Shown: in pieces, positions 17,734 to 26,955 of the stretch
Position numbering within the stretch: position 1 is the stretch's first letter
How the letters are laid out: each line of letters opens with the position of its first letter
DNA from: a bacterium
GTDB taxonomy: Bacteria > Bdellovibrionota_B > Oligoflexia > Oligoflexales > RGVZ01
Direction: 5' to 3'
Assembly: GCA_043757325.1 (NCBI GenBank)
Contig: JAYVPO010000019.1
Coordinates: 18,624 to 82,623 of the forward strand
Length of the DNA stretch: 64,000 bases
Position numbers and translations under genes: made by a program
The notes under the pieces: generated by a model
Seen by the model: the letters and a program-made list of their open reading frames with translations, nothing else
Told to the model about the DNA's origin: nothing
Database searches by the model: none

Positions 17734-19116
17734 TTGAGTCAGAAATCAGAAAAGCCGCTTGCACTCATTGTCGACGATGAAAAAACCATCGGCGAAGCAC
17801 TGGCTGGCGTTCTAGAGGATGAAAATTGGCGCACAGATTACGCCGCATCAGGCCTTGAGGCGTTACAGGCATTTAACAAGAAAAAACCTGATTTAATTTT
17901 TCTAGATATTTGGATGCCCGGAATGGATGGCATCGAAACACTTCAGCGCCTAAGAGAAATAGATAGCGAAGTTCCCATATATATTATGAGTGGTCACGGA
18001 ACAATTGAAACAGCAGTAAAAGTAACTAAGCTTGGGGCTACTGATTTTTTGGAAAAACCCTTGGCAATTGACCGTATTATAAAAATTCTGCAAGCCACTA
18101 AAATCAAAGATTCAACCGCGGCAAAAAATACTCCGACTCATCCTATCATCATTGGTGTATCGCCACACATTGAGGCCATACGTGATCTCATAAAAATGAT
18201 AGCCCCGCGCCCTAGTTCGATTTTAATAACGGGAGAAAACGGCACAGGCAAGGAAGTTCTTGCGCGCAATATTCATCAGTTTAGCGATCGTTCGAAGGCT
18301 CCGTTCATTGCCGTTAACTGCGCCGCAATTCCTGAAGAGCTAATCGAAAGTGAATTGTTCGGTCATGTTAAAGGAGCGTTTACGGGTGCCATTGCGGCCA
18401 AAAAAGGTAAGTTTGAACAAGCCCACGGCGGTACATTGTTTCTCGATGAAATAGCCGATATGTCGCTTCGAACTCAAGCCAAAATTCTGCGCATCATTCA
18501 AGATAAAAAGTTTGAAAAACTTGGCGATGAAAGTGCTGTCAGTGTAGATGTGCGACTTATAGCGGCTACTAATAAAGATTTAAATCAAGAAATTTCCGCG
18601 GGGCGATTTCGTGAAGATCTATTCTATAGGTTAAACGTTGTTCCAATTCATATGCAGCCACTGCGGCAACGTAAAGAAGATATATTGCCATTGGTAGAAT
18701 TTTTTTTGAAAGAATTAAAAAAAGATCTCGGCGGTTTGCAAAAAGATTTTAGCGAAGCGTCATTTTCCGCCCTTCAGACCTATCATTTTCCTGGAAATGT
18801 TCGCGAATTAAAAAACCTCGTCGAAAGACTTTGTGTCACAGTTGCTAGTCCAAAAATCGACTTAAGTCATCTTCCCATTGAAATTATTTCCGAATATGAA
18901 AAAAACCTTGCACGCCCTGACACTATTCCTACCAATTCCTTAAAAGACGCCAAACAACATTTTGAAAAGCTATTTTTGTTGGAAAAACTTCAAGAAAATA
19001 ATTGGAATATCTCGCGTACTGCCGAAGTTATTGGGGTTGAACGAAGTCATCTGCATAAAAAAATTAAACTTCTGGGAATTGATTCGAACCAACTTAAAGA
19101 TAGTGAGGATTTATGA
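17734..19116 (+). CDS. Sigma-54-dependent response regulator (receiver + AAA+ + Fis-type HTH)
   Basis: LIVDDE receiver, Walker [15 protein letters not shown] loop, C-terminal [27 protein letters not shown] 17734 with GGAG upstream is preferred over TTG 17701. Confidence 0.9.
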   Translation: MSQKSEKPLALIVDDEKTIGEALAGVLEDENWRTDYAASGLEALQAFNKKKPDLIFLDIWMPGMDGIETLQRLREIDSEVPIYIMSGHGTIETAVKVTKLGATDFLEKPLAIDRIIKILQATKIKDSTAAKNTPTHPIIIGVSPHIEAIRDLIKMIAPRPSSILITGENGTGKEVLARNIHQFSDRSKAPFIAVNCAAIPEELIESELFGHVKGAFTGAIAAKKGKFEQAHGGTLFLDEIADMSLRTQAKILRIIQDKKFEKLGDESAVSVDVRLIAATNKDLNQEISAGRFREDLFYRLNVVPIHMQPLRQRKEDILPLVEFFLKELKKDLGGLQKDFSEASFSALQTYHFPGNVRELKNLVERLCVTVASPKIDLSHLPIEIISEYEKNLARPDTIPTNSLKDAKQHFEKLFLLEKLQENNWNISRTAEVIGVERSHLHKKIKLLGIDSNQLKDSEDL

Positions 19117-20342
19117 CTTTTAAAACTATGGCTATTAAGCAAGATAACTCGGGCATTTATTTTGATGCTGCTCACCTTGATATGGGAAAAAAATGGGAGG
19201 CACGAGTTGTTGATGAAAATCGCATTTTACTGCAATCTTCAAACTTTCCTTTTATCACTGAAAATTATCTAGATGGATTTGCAAAATGCAGCGCCGAGGT
19301 ATTTCGCGATCTTTTGGTGGGAATAAATCAACGAAAATGGTCTGGCCTCATCACCACCGATTCTGGCTTTGGAGTCAAAAAAATTTTTTTTAGTGAAGGT
19401 GAAATAATTTTCGCTTCGTCAAATTTAATAGATGATCGTCTTGGTGAGATTATTTACAGAGAAAGCATGATTACTTTAGACCAGCTTACCGAAGCTGCCG
19501 TGAAAGTTGATCGAAATAATAAATTTGGCCAGGTTTTGTTAACCGGAAAAGTTTTTGACAACAATAAACTCTGGACTGCTTTGAAACTGCAAGTTAGGTC
19601 TATTTTTTACAGTTTATTTTTACCCGACGAAATATTTTTTCAACTTGAGAGCGGAAAAAATCTAACCGCAAATGAAATTGTTTTTGAAGACGGCACCGCG
19701 CAACTCATAGACGAAGGGTTTGCATTGGGATGCCAATTTCATTCTTTTCGAAATCGCTTGACCGAAGCTACAACAATCGAAATTTCAAATTTAGACTGGC
19801 AGACAAGTATTCAAGAAGGGACGTTTATGCACGATCTTTTTGAACTTATCGGGGTGGACTCACATGTGGATTTGGTCATTAAAAATTCAAAGCTTTCGCA
19901 ATTGAATACCCTGAACTTAATTTTTCGATTTTCGCAGCTCGGATTTTGTAAATTACGTAACCGCAAAGATTCGCATCGTAGTTTAAACACTCCTGTTTTA
20001 AGTCGAATTCGAGCTCGTCTAGACACCTATTCGATGCTTCTACATTTTGTTAAAAGCAGCTTTCAAGCAACTGAAATCGCCTTTCCATTTAACGAACTTC
20101 GCCAATTTGCATTGAGTTTGAATTCTAATTATGTAACGTCTTTTTTTATCGATTCCGACGGAATGGTTGATGCCGACTGTGTTGAATCCATTGCCGAGCA
20201 GTGCTTAGCACATCCTGCAAGTTCAAATTTTTTTGAAACTCGAATCCATAGCCTCACGCGATTTATTTTTCAAATAGCTTTAGACAATTTACCTCAGTCG
20301 CAGACTCTTAAACTGAAAGATTTTCTGCGGGATATACATTGA
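19113..20342 (+). CDS. Hypothetical protein, possible DUF4388 (PATAN-like) N-terminal domain
   Basis: The ATG overlaps the upstream stop (ATGA). GLITTDSGFGVKKIFFSEGEIIFASSNLIDDRLGEIIY resembles the DUF4388 signature. Confidence 0.6.
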   Translation: MTFKTMAIKQDNSGIYFDAAHLDMGKKWEARVVDENRILLQSSNFPFITENYLDGFAKCSAEVFRDLLVGINQRKWSGLITTDSGFGVKKIFFSEGEIIFASSNLIDDRLGEIIYRESMITLDQLTEAAVKVDRNNKFGQVLLTGKVFDNNKLWTALKLQVRSIFYSLFLPDEIFFQLESGKNLTANEIVFEDGTAQLIDEGFALGCQFHSFRNRLTEATTIEISNLDWQTSIQEGTFMHDLFELIGVDSHVDLVIKNSKLSQLNTLNLIFRFSQLGFCKLRNRKDSHRSLNTPVLSRIRARLDTYSMLLHFVKSSFQATEIAFPFNELRQFALSLNSNYVTSFFIDSDGMVDADCVESIAEQCLAHPASSNFFETRIHSLTRFIFQIALDNLPQSQTLKLKDFLRDIH

Positions 20343-21034
20343 CAGAAATCAACAATATATTTTTGATTGAGGGGCTGCCGATCGTGGAAGAGTATGTGCG
20401 AAATCGCCCTCTTGCGATTGAGAAGATCTATGCTCGTTCCAACGATTTTGATTTAGTCCAGAAAACTTTTCGCACGTTTAAGGTTACAAAAAACGATCAA
20501 CTATCGCGGCAAAGTTGCTTTGCTCACATAAAAATAGAGCTCAAAGATTTTGATTATCTAACTAAAAATCTCGCGGAAAAAGAAGTCATAGTAGCTTTAG
20601 ACCATGTGCAAGACCCAAGAAATGTCGGTGCCATTACGCGCACGTGCGCTTTTTTCGGTGTGCGATTTCTTTTGGCGCCCAAAGATCGGCAAGCGCTTTT
20701 AACGCAAAGCTCGGTAGCTACTGCGCAAGGTGGTTTCTCAGCTGTGGACTTGGTGCAGGTCACAAATCTTAAAACAGCCCTCGAACAGCTTAAAAAACAA
20801 GATTTTTGGATATTTGGTTCGGAAATGAACGGCAAATCTTTGCATACATACGATTTAAATTTTAAACGCTCGGTGATTATATTGGGTAACGAAGAGACGG
20901 GCCTGAAAAAAGGCGTTATTGAGTCCTGTGACGAGATCTTGTCCATTCCGACATTACGAAAAAAAATCGATTCTTTAAATGTATCGGTGGCCGCGGGCAT
21001 TTTTATATCTCACTTCGCTCGAAATCTCGCTTAG
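20339..21034 (+). CDS. rlmB: SpoU/TrmH-family RNA 2'-O-methyltransferase (RlmB-like)
   Basis: LDHVQDPRNVGAITRTCAFFGV, ILGNEETGL and IPTLRKKIDSLNVSVAAGI motifs. Confidence 0.85.
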   Translation: MTEINNIFLIEGLPIVEEYVRNRPLAIEKIYARSNDFDLVQKTFRTFKVTKNDQLSRQSCFAHIKIELKDFDYLTKNLAEKEVIVALDHVQDPRNVGAITRTCAFFGVRFLLAPKDRQALLTQSSVATAQGGFSAVDLVQVTNLKTALEQLKKQDFWIFGSEMNGKSLHTYDLNFKRSVIILGNEETGLKKGVIESCDEILSIPTLRKKIDSLNVSVAAGIFISHFARNLA

Positions 21035-21242
21035 TCTATTGGAATTTTTAAGGAGTTTTATTCTTTTTTTGGGCTTTTTATTTAGAAAATATAAAACGTT
21101 TCAGGGATGATTCGACCGGGAGGAATCTGCAAAGCAAAAGGTCACGGGGCCGGTCTGCATATATCCCTGAAACGTTTTATATTTTCTAAATAAAAAGCCC
21201 AAAAAAAGAATAAAACTCCTTAAAAATTCCAATAGACTAAGC
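21029..21242. repeat. Giant hairpin element, family 1 copy A
   Basis: 21031-21107 is a perfect reverse complement of 21164-21240 (77 bp, plus 2 more flanking bp). Inner 56 nt is tgattcgaccg-N32-cggtctgcatata. The left arm starts in the rlmB stop codon. Confidence 0.9.
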
Positions 21243-21324
21243 AAGTTTACGTCTCCGTTCGAAGTTTCAAAAGGAACGAGCGGGAAGGGGAGGGGGAGAA
21301 AATTTTTTGGCCGGAAACAATAGT

Positions 21325-21511
21325 TTATTCAATTTCTTTAAATTTAATCATCTTTTTTTAATTTTTAAAAATAAAAACATTTCAGGGGATATATGCAGAC
21401 CGACCCGCAAATTGTATTCAAAAAAGACTGTTCGATCGGTCGAATCATCCCCTGAAATGTTTTTATTTTTAAAAATTAAAAAAAATGATTAAATTTAAGG
21501 AAATTGAATAA
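21325..21511. repeat. Giant hairpin element, family 1 copy B (core inverted relative to A)
   Basis: Arms 21325-21389 and 21448-21511 are complementary except for one mismatch and a 1-nt indel. Inner part is tatatgcagaccg-N34-cggtcgaatca. Confidence 0.9.
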
Positions 21512-21570
21512 CCTATTTTTTCCGTCCTAAACTTTTTTGAACACCGAATTAAGTTTAAAGTTTCAATCGC

Positions 21571-21599
21571 TTGACACCGGAATGCACCAGTAGTATCAA
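21571..21599 (+). promoter_or_regulatory. Sigma-70-type promoter candidate for the tRNA-tuf operon
   Basis: TTGACA (21571-76), 17-nt spacer, TATCAA (21594-99). AT-rich upstream region. About 65 nt before the first tRNA. Confidence 0.45.
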
Positions 21600-21666
21600 T
21601 TATTACTCGTCTATTTTGAAACAAGATTAATCTTTTGTGCATCATGGATTGTTTTCGTATCGTGTT

Positions 21667-21742
21667 GCTGGTGTAGCTCAATTGGTAGAGCAGCTGATTT
21701 GTAATCAGCAGGTTGCGGGTTCAAGTCCCATCGCCAGCTCCA
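21667..21742 (+). tRNA. tRNA-Thr (anticodon TGT)
   Basis: 76 nt cloverleaf folded by hand. Acceptor gctggtg/cgccagc, anticodon loop tttgtaa, encoded CCA. One C-A mismatch in the T stem. Confidence 0.9.
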
Positions 21743-21779
21743 GTGATATGTTTAGATCGTTGAAGTGAGGGAGTAGTGG

Positions 21780-21865
21780 GGATGGATACCCAAGTGGCCA
21801 AAGGGGACGGGCTGTAAACCCGTTGACAATAGTCTTCGAAGGTTCGAATCCTTCTCCATCCACCA
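21780..21865 (+). tRNA. tRNA-Tyr (anticodon GTA)
   Basis: 86 nt. Acceptor ggatgga/tccatcc, anticodon loop ctgtaaa, long variable arm, T-loop ttcgaat, CCA. Confidence 0.9.
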
Positions 21866-21873
21866 AAATTGTT

Positions 21874-21949
21874 GCGGGTGTAGCTCAGCTGGTAGAGCAT
21901 TAGCCTTCCAAGCTAAATGTCGCGAGTTCGATTCTCGTCGCCCGCTCCA
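21874..21949 (+). tRNA. tRNA-Gly (anticodon TCC)
   Basis: 76 nt. Acceptor gcgggtg/cgcccgc, anticodon loop cttccaa, CCA. Confidence 0.92.
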
Positions 21950-21957
21950 GCTTTTCT

Positions 21958-22033
21958 GCCCAGGTAGCTCAGCTGGTAGAGCACGTCCTTGGTAAGGACG
22001 AGGTCACGGGTTCGAGTCCCGTTCTGGGCTCCA
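21958..22033 (+). tRNA. tRNA-Thr (anticodon GGT)
   Basis: 76 nt. Acceptor gcccagg/tctgggc, anticodon loop ttggtaa, CCA. Confidence 0.92.
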
Positions 22034-22060
22034 GAGTTTACTTGTTAAGCAGACTCGATG

Positions 22061-22097
22061 AAGCTTTTTAAATAAAGCTTTTTGATTTGGTTTTTTT
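22061..22097 (+). terminator. Weak hairpin + U-rich tract after the tRNA cluster (possible attenuator)
   Basis: aagcttt (22061-67) pairs with aaagctt (22074-80), followed by tttgatttggttttttt. The stem is AT-rich. Confidence 0.3.
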
Positions 22098-22203
22098 GAG
22101 ATGAAGTGTCGATTGGCGCAAATGACTGCAAATGTCTATTGTCTCTTTGGTTGATAAGGTTTAGGTTCTTTAAATATATTTTTACTCTTCAGGAGGATTT
22201 TGA

Positions 22204-23397
22204 ATGTCGAAAGAGAAGTTTGAGCGTAAAAAACCGCACGTTAATATTGGCACGATTGGCCACGTTGACCACGGTAAAACAACATTAACAGCAGCTATTA
22301 CTCGAGTGATGTCGGTGAAATTTGGTGGTCAGGCTTTAAGCTACGATCAGATTGACAAATCACCTGAGGAAAAAGCGCGCGGTATTACCATTTCAACTTC
22401 GCACGTTGAGTACGAATCTGAAAAACGGCATTACGCTCACGTGGATTGTCCAGGTCATGCTGACTACGTTAAAAACATGATCACGGGTGCGGCCCAGATG
22501 GACGGCGCTATTTTGGTTGTGAGTGCGTCTGACGGTCCGATGCCACAAACTCGTGAACACATTCTTTTAGCTCGCCAGGTTGGTGTGCCAAAAATTGTTG
22601 TGTTCCTTAATAAATGCGACATGGTTGATGACGCAGAATTACTTGACCTTGTAGAAATGGAAGTTCGTGAACTTCTTACACTCTATAAGTTTCCTGGCGA
22701 CGACACACCGATTATTCGTGGTTCCGCTTTAAAGGCTTTAGAATCAGGAACTCCAGATTCTGAATGGGGCAAAAAAATTGTAGAATTGATTGCGGCTTGC
22801 GATGAATATATTCCCATGCCACACCGTCCAATCGAAAGGCCGTTTTTGATGCCAATCGAAGACGTGTTTTCTATCTCCGGTCGCGGTACGGTTGTGACTG
22901 GCCGTATCGAAAGAGGAATTGTTAAAAACGGTGAAGAAATCGAAATTATCGGCATCAATCCAACAACAAAAACTGTATGTACGGGTGTTGAAATGTTCCG
23001 AAAACTTCTTGATGAGGGCCGTGCAGGCGATAACGTCGGCGTACTTTTACGCGGAACAAAACGCGAAGAAGTTGTACGTGGTCAAGTTCTAGCGAAGCCA
23101 GGTTCGATTACTCCTCACAAAAAATTCAAGGCACAGGTGTATATTCTGACCAAGGAAGAAGGCGGTCGTCACACTCCGTTTTTCAAAGGATACAGACCTC
23201 AGTTTTACTTTAGAACAACTGATGTTACCGGTGATATAAAGTTGCCAGATAATGTCGAAATGGTGATGCCCGGTGACAACATTGCGATGGACGTAGAATT
23301 AATATCTCCAATTGCGATGGATACGGAACTACGTTTTGCGATCCGTGAAGGCGGCAGAACAGTTGGTGCCGGTGTGGTTGCTGAGATTACAGATTAA
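22204..23397 (+). CDS. tuf: Elongation factor Tu
   Basis: 397 aa. [18 protein letters not shown] and NKCD G-motifs. AGGAGG upstream. Confidence 0.98.
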   Translation: MSKEKFERKKPHVNIGTIGHVDHGKTTLTAAITRVMSVKFGGQALSYDQIDKSPEEKARGITISTSHVEYESEKRHYAHVDCPGHADYVKNMITGAAQMDGAILVVSASDGPMPQTREHILLARQVGVPKIVVFLNKCDMVDDAELLDLVEMEVRELLTLYKFPGDDTPIIRGSALKALESGTPDSEWGKKIVELIAACDEYIPMPHRPIERPFLMPIEDVFSISGRGTVVTGRIERGIVKNGEEIEIIGINPTTKTVCTGVEMFRKLLDEGRAGDNVGVLLRGTKREEVVRGQVLAKPGSITPHKKFKAQVYILTKEEGGRHTPFFKGYRPQFYFRTTDVTGDIKLPDNVEMVMPGDNIAMDVELISPIAMDTELRFAIREGGRTVGAGVVAEITD

Positions 23398-23444
23398 GTT
23401 TTTGGTTAATTAAAAAAAATCAATCCATTCGTCGCTTTAGTTTT

Positions 23445-23520
23445 AGGCGGGTAGCTCCAACGGTAGAGCGACGGATTCCAAATCCGTATGTTGTGGGTTC
23501 GAATCCCACCCCGCCTGCCA
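23445..23520 (+). tRNA. tRNA-Trp (anticodon CCA)
   Basis: 76 nt. Acceptor aggcggg/cccgcct, anticodon loop ttccaaa, T-loop ttcgaat, CCA. Confidence 0.92.
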
Positions 23521-23558
23521 ATTTAAAATGAAGATCTTTCCGAGAAGGGTTATGAAAA

Positions 23559-23939
23559 GTGCAAAAAGACGATAGAACCTGGCTTAATATCTGTTTGGTG
23601 TGTTTGGTCCTAATCGTTTCTCTTTTATTTTGGAAAGCAATTTCTTTCGCAACTTTCAAATTATTGCCTGCTTACACAACAGAACTGTGGTTTAGTCCGT
23701 TGGTAATTTTAGCTTCTGTAGGTTTGGGTCTAGCAGCAACATATGCTTTGTATCATGACTCTAACCGTGAAGAATTTTTGTTGGGTTCCGTTTCGGAAGT
23801 TCGCAAAGTAAGCTGGCCGACGTGGGAAGTGACTCGCAAATTAACCATGATTGTATGTATTGTTGTTGCTTTCTTTGCAGTGGTGTTATTTATTTTTGAT
23901 GGTATCTGGGGTCGAATACTTCATCAGTTACTGACCTAA
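23559..23939 (+). CDS. secE: Preprotein translocase subunit SecE
   Basis: Three TM segments. Conserved EVRKVSWPTWEVTRKLTMIVCIVV C-terminal helix. Sits between tRNA-Trp and nusG. The GTG start is uncertain. Confidence 0.8.
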   Translation: MQKDDRTWLNICLVCLVLIVSLLFWKAISFATFKLLPAYTTELWFSPLVILASVGLGLAATYALYHDSNREEFLLGSVSEVRKVSWPTWEVTRKLTMIVCIVVAFFAVVLFIFDGIWGRILHQLLT

Positions 23940-23964
23940 TGGAAGTAAAAAGGAAATTTTTTAA

Positions 23965-24546
23965 ATGTCGAGTTCGTTAGAAACTCCTGTATCTCAAAGT
24001 GAATTACCGAAACGCTGGTACATAGTGCACACTTATTCAGGTTTTGAGGAAAAGGCACGAACGGCTTTGCTGGAACGTGTTAAAACACAAAAAATTGAGC
24101 ATAAATTTGGAAACATTTTTGTGCCGCGCACATCAAGCGAGCAAATTTTAAAAAGCGGAAAGAAAAAGCAAGTCGTTAAAACATCATTTCCGGGTTATAT
24201 ATTAATCGAAATGGCGTTTGATGACGAGTCGAGCGCTTTGGTTCGTGGAACACCGAAAATCACAGGATTTGTTGGGAATGCTCGAAATCCAAGCGCTGTT
24301 CCCGAGCATGAGGTTTTAAGAATCACAAATCCCGAAGCCATGAAGCCAGACGAAAAATCTGCAATGGTGGCGGAATCTCGGTTTAAACGAGGCGATGTGG
24401 TTAAAGTAAAAGAAGGACCATTTAGTAATTTTGATGGCGTCGTGGATGAAGTCAAAATGGATAAGATGAAATTAAGAATTATTGTTAAAATTCTCGGTCG
24501 CGAAACTCCGGTTGACTTAGATTTTAATCAAGTCGACAAATCTTAA
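23965..24546 (+). CDS. nusG: Transcription termination/antitermination factor NusG
   Basis: WYIVHTYSGFEEKA NGN motif and KOW GDVVKVKEGPFSNFDGVV. Confidence 0.95.
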   Translation: MSSSLETPVSQSELPKRWYIVHTYSGFEEKARTALLERVKTQKIEHKFGNIFVPRTSSEQILKSGKKKQVVKTSFPGYILIEMAFDDESSALVRGTPKITGFVGNARNPSAVPEHEVLRITNPEAMKPDEKSAMVAESRFKRGDVVKVKEGPFSNFDGVVDEVKMDKMKLRIIVKILGRETPVDLDFNQVDKS

Positions 24547-24558
24547 TTTTTTTTTTGT

Positions 24559-24587
24559 TTGACAGTCAAAATTTCGTTAGATATACC
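24559..24587 (+). promoter_or_regulatory. Sigma-70-type promoter candidate for rplK-rplA
   Basis: TTGACA (24559-64), 17-nt spacer, TATACC (24582-87). Confidence 0.4.
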
Positions 24588-24619
24588 AATAGGCTATGTT
24601 TTTTAATTGAGGATACCAA

Positions 24620-25048
24620 GTGGCAAAGAAAATTGTCGGCTACATAAAGTTACAAATCCCTGCAGGAAAAGCAAATCCATCACCTCCAATTGGTCCAGCA
24701 TTGGGTCAAAGAGGTGTGAATATTATGGGTTTTTGTAAAGAATTTAATGCAAAAACTCAGAAGCAAACTGGAGATATCTTACCAACGATCATCACAGTCT
24801 ATGCCGATAAAAGTTTTTCTTTCATCACAAAAAGTCCGCCTGCGACCCAGTTGTTAAAAAAATTCGCAAAACTTGAAAGCGGGTCGCAAACTCCCGGAAA
24901 AACATCCTGTGGAACGATTTCCATGGCTCACGTCCGAGAAATTGCAAAAATGAAAATGGAAGATTTAAACGCAACAGACATTGAAAACGCTTCGCGCATG
25001 ATTGCAGGATCGGCGCGTAGCATGGGATTAGAAGTCGTCGGTCAGTAG
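24620..25048 (+). CDS. rplK: 50S ribosomal protein L11
   Basis: GTG start with GAGGA upstream. [28 protein letters not shown]. Confidence 0.97.
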   Translation: MAKKIVGYIKLQIPAGKANPSPPIGPALGQRGVNIMGFCKEFNAKTQKQTGDILPTIITVYADKSFSFITKSPPATQLLKKFAKLESGSQTPGKTSCGTISMAHVREIAKMKMEDLNATDIENASRMIAGSARSMGLEVVGQ

Positions 25049-25108
25049 AAATAATACTGTGGGAGTTGTGATTAAATTTACGACGCTTGTACCACTTGGA
25101 GGTTTTAG

Positions 25109-25801
25109 ATGAGTCGCGGAAAGAAATATAAAAGCAGCGCCGAAAAGTACAGTCGAGAAAAACTCTACGACTTGTCAGAGGCCGCTAAAGTTTTAAAAGA
25201 AATTTCATACAGCAAGTTTGATGGAACCGTCAATTTAGCTGTGAATTTGGGTGTAGATCCACGTCAGGCGGATCAGAACGTGCGAGGCGCTACGGTGCTT
25301 CCCAATGGTTTGGGTAAATCTGTTAGGATTGTGGTTTTTGCTAAAGGCGAGAACGCATCTATTGCGTCCCAAGCTGGAGTCGAAGCTGTTGGAGCAGATG
25401 ATCTAGCAGTAAGAATTAGCGGTGGATGGCTTGATTTCGATCAAGTTGTTGCCACTCCCGATATGATGGGAGTTGTTGGGCGTCTTGGTAAGGTTTTAGG
25501 ACCACGGGGACTTATGCCTAACCCGAAATTAGGAACTGTTACTGCAGATGTAGGCAAAGCTATTAGTGAGCTTAAAGCCGGTAAAGCTGAATATCGAGTC
25601 GATAAAGCTGGAATTGTTCATGCTCCGGTAGGGAAGGTTAGCTTTGAAAGCGAAAAAATCGCCGAGAACGTTAGAGCTGTCATGGATGCTTTAATCAGGC
25701 TAAAGCCGCAAACATCTAAAGGTACGTATATTAAAAAAGTTTCCCTCTCGGCGACCATGAGCCCTGGTATCAAAATTGATCCGTCGCCTTACCGAATGTA
25801 G
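25109..25801 (+). CDS. rplA: 50S ribosomal protein L1
   Basis: 230 aa. [24 protein letters not shown] and [10 protein letters not shown] motifs. Confidence 0.97.
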   Translation: MSRGKKYKSSAEKYSREKLYDLSEAAKVLKEISYSKFDGTVNLAVNLGVDPRQADQNVRGATVLPNGLGKSVRIVVFAKGENASIASQAGVEAVGADDLAVRISGGWLDFDQVVATPDMMGVVGRLGKVLGPRGLMPNPKLGTVTADVGKAISELKAGKAEYRVDKAGIVHAPVGKVSFESEKIAENVRAVMDALIRLKPQTSKGTYIKKVSLSATMSPGIKIDPSPYRM

Positions 25802-25848
25802 ATTTTAGTCGGAATTTCTGTAAGTCAAAGCATTTACCAAAGGAACAT

Positions 25849-26376
25849 TTGAGTATGACAATAGATAAGAAGAAAAAGGCAGTTTTAAAGACACTTTTTC
25901 AAGAAAAATTCGACAAGGCAAGCTCTGCATTTGTCGCAGAATACCGCGGATTGAGCGTTGCCGATTTAACCATCCTTAGAAAAAATCTGTTTAAAGTGAA
26001 TGCGGAGTTTAAAGTTTTAAAAAACCGAGTGGCAATTAAAGCCGTTGAAGGTACGCCACACTCTATTATTAAACAGAGCCTGAAAGGGCCTATCGGTGTT
26101 GTTTATGTTTATGGTGATCCTGCACCGGTCGCAAAAGCATTGGTGGATTTTGCCAAGACCAACGAGCATTTTAAATTAACCTCGGGTCTTATGGATGCAG
26201 CTCTTTTATCGCCATCCCAATTGAAAATGATTTCGGAACTTCCAAGCCGTGAGGTTCTGTTGGGTCAGATAGCTGGTCTTCTTGTGTCGCCTCATCGCTC
26301 AATTTTGGGCATCTTGAATGCGGTTCCAAGAAGTCTAGTGCAAGTTATTAATGCCATCAAAGAAAAGAAGGCATAA
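25849..26376 (+). CDS. rplJ: 50S ribosomal protein L10
   Basis: Position between rplA and rplL. FVAEYRGLSVADLTILRKNL. The start is either TTG 25849 or ATG 25855. Confidence 0.92.
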   Translation: MSMTIDKKKKAVLKTLFQEKFDKASSAFVAEYRGLSVADLTILRKNLFKVNAEFKVLKNRVAIKAVEGTPHSIIKQSLKGPIGVVYVYGDPAPVAKALVDFAKTNEHFKLTSGLMDAALLSPSQLKMISELPSREVLLGQIAGLLVSPHRSILGILNAVPRSLVQVINAIKEKKA

Positions 26377-26440
26377 GTTTAAATTTTTGAAAAGTTATTG
26401 AGTGACAATAACTTTTCAAGTCACAAATTAGGAGGACATC

Positions 26441-26815
26441 ATGTCTTTATCAAAGGAACAAGTAATTGAGTATCTTGGCAATCTAACTCTTATTCAGGCC
26501 GCAGAGCTTGTAAAAGAATTGGAAACTAAATTTGGCGTGTCAGCCGCAGCACCAGTGGCCGTGGCCGCTATGCCGGGAGCATCCGCAGCACCTGCTGAAG
26601 AGCAAACCGAATTTACGCTTATTCTTAAAGAAGGCGGCGATAAGAAAATTAACGTGATTAAAGAAGTTCGCACGATCACAGGTCTTGGGCTGAAAGAAGC
26701 TAAAGATCTGGTAGAAGGAGCTCCAAAGACCGTTAAAGAAGGCTTAAACAAAGCCGATTCGCAAAAGTTCAAAGCACTGCTTGAAGCCGCTGGAGCAAAA
26801 GTAGAACTGAAATAA
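26441..26815 (+). CDS. rplL: 50S ribosomal protein L7/L12
   Basis: Ala-rich hinge, then [28 protein letters not shown]. Confidence 0.97.
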   Translation: MSLSKEQVIEYLGNLTLIQAAELVKELETKFGVSAAAPVAVAAMPGASAAPAEEQTEFTLILKEGGDKKINVIKEVRTITGLGLKEAKDLVEGAPKTVKEGLNKADSQKFKALLEAAGAKVELK

Positions 26816-26876
26816 TTCTACCGAAGATTTTATGAAGGTAACGTTTTAGATTGAATAAAAGTTAATCATTTAAGAG

Positions 26877-26916
26877 CCCCACGAAGCACGTTGTTGTGCT
26901 TTTGGGGTTGTTTTTG
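26877..26916 (+). terminator. rplL-rpoB intergenic hairpin + T-tract (attenuator-type partial terminator)
   Basis: cccc..aagcac (26877-89) pairs with gtgctt..gggg (26896-907), followed by ttgtttttg. This is the same position as the known rplL-rpoB attenuator in E. coli. Confidence 0.55.
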
Positions 26917-26955
26917 TCTCGTCAGCTACCCAATTCGAAAGAGGAACCTCTTCCC

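Noticed and set aside
21282-21298. The purine/G-rich tract gggaaggggagggggag between the two family 1 hairpins could be a G-quadruplex.
   Set aside because: There are only three G-runs. A canonical four-run G4 cannot form without splitting the G5 run. There is no second copy to suggest function.
21108-21447. The 32- and 34-nt variable segments flanked by conserved boxes looked like CRISPR spacers between repeats.
   Set aside because: The flanking boxes are inverted, not direct, repeats. Each locus has one unit only, the two units are in opposite orientation, and no cas genes or leader are present. This is not a CRISPR array, although a guide-like role is kept as a hypothesis in the findings.
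26896-26955. The ORF track gives N-terminal extensions for rpoB, and likewise for apt (39355), DUF2079 paralogs 2 and 3 (41402, 42981), the beta-barrel (45973), the HTH-like gene (10267), the Xer-like gene (14917) and the response regulator (17701).
   Set aside because: The extensions overlap upstream genes or a terminator hairpin and lack RBS. Downstream starts have SD sequences and restore the expected N-termini (signal peptides, conserved first motifs).
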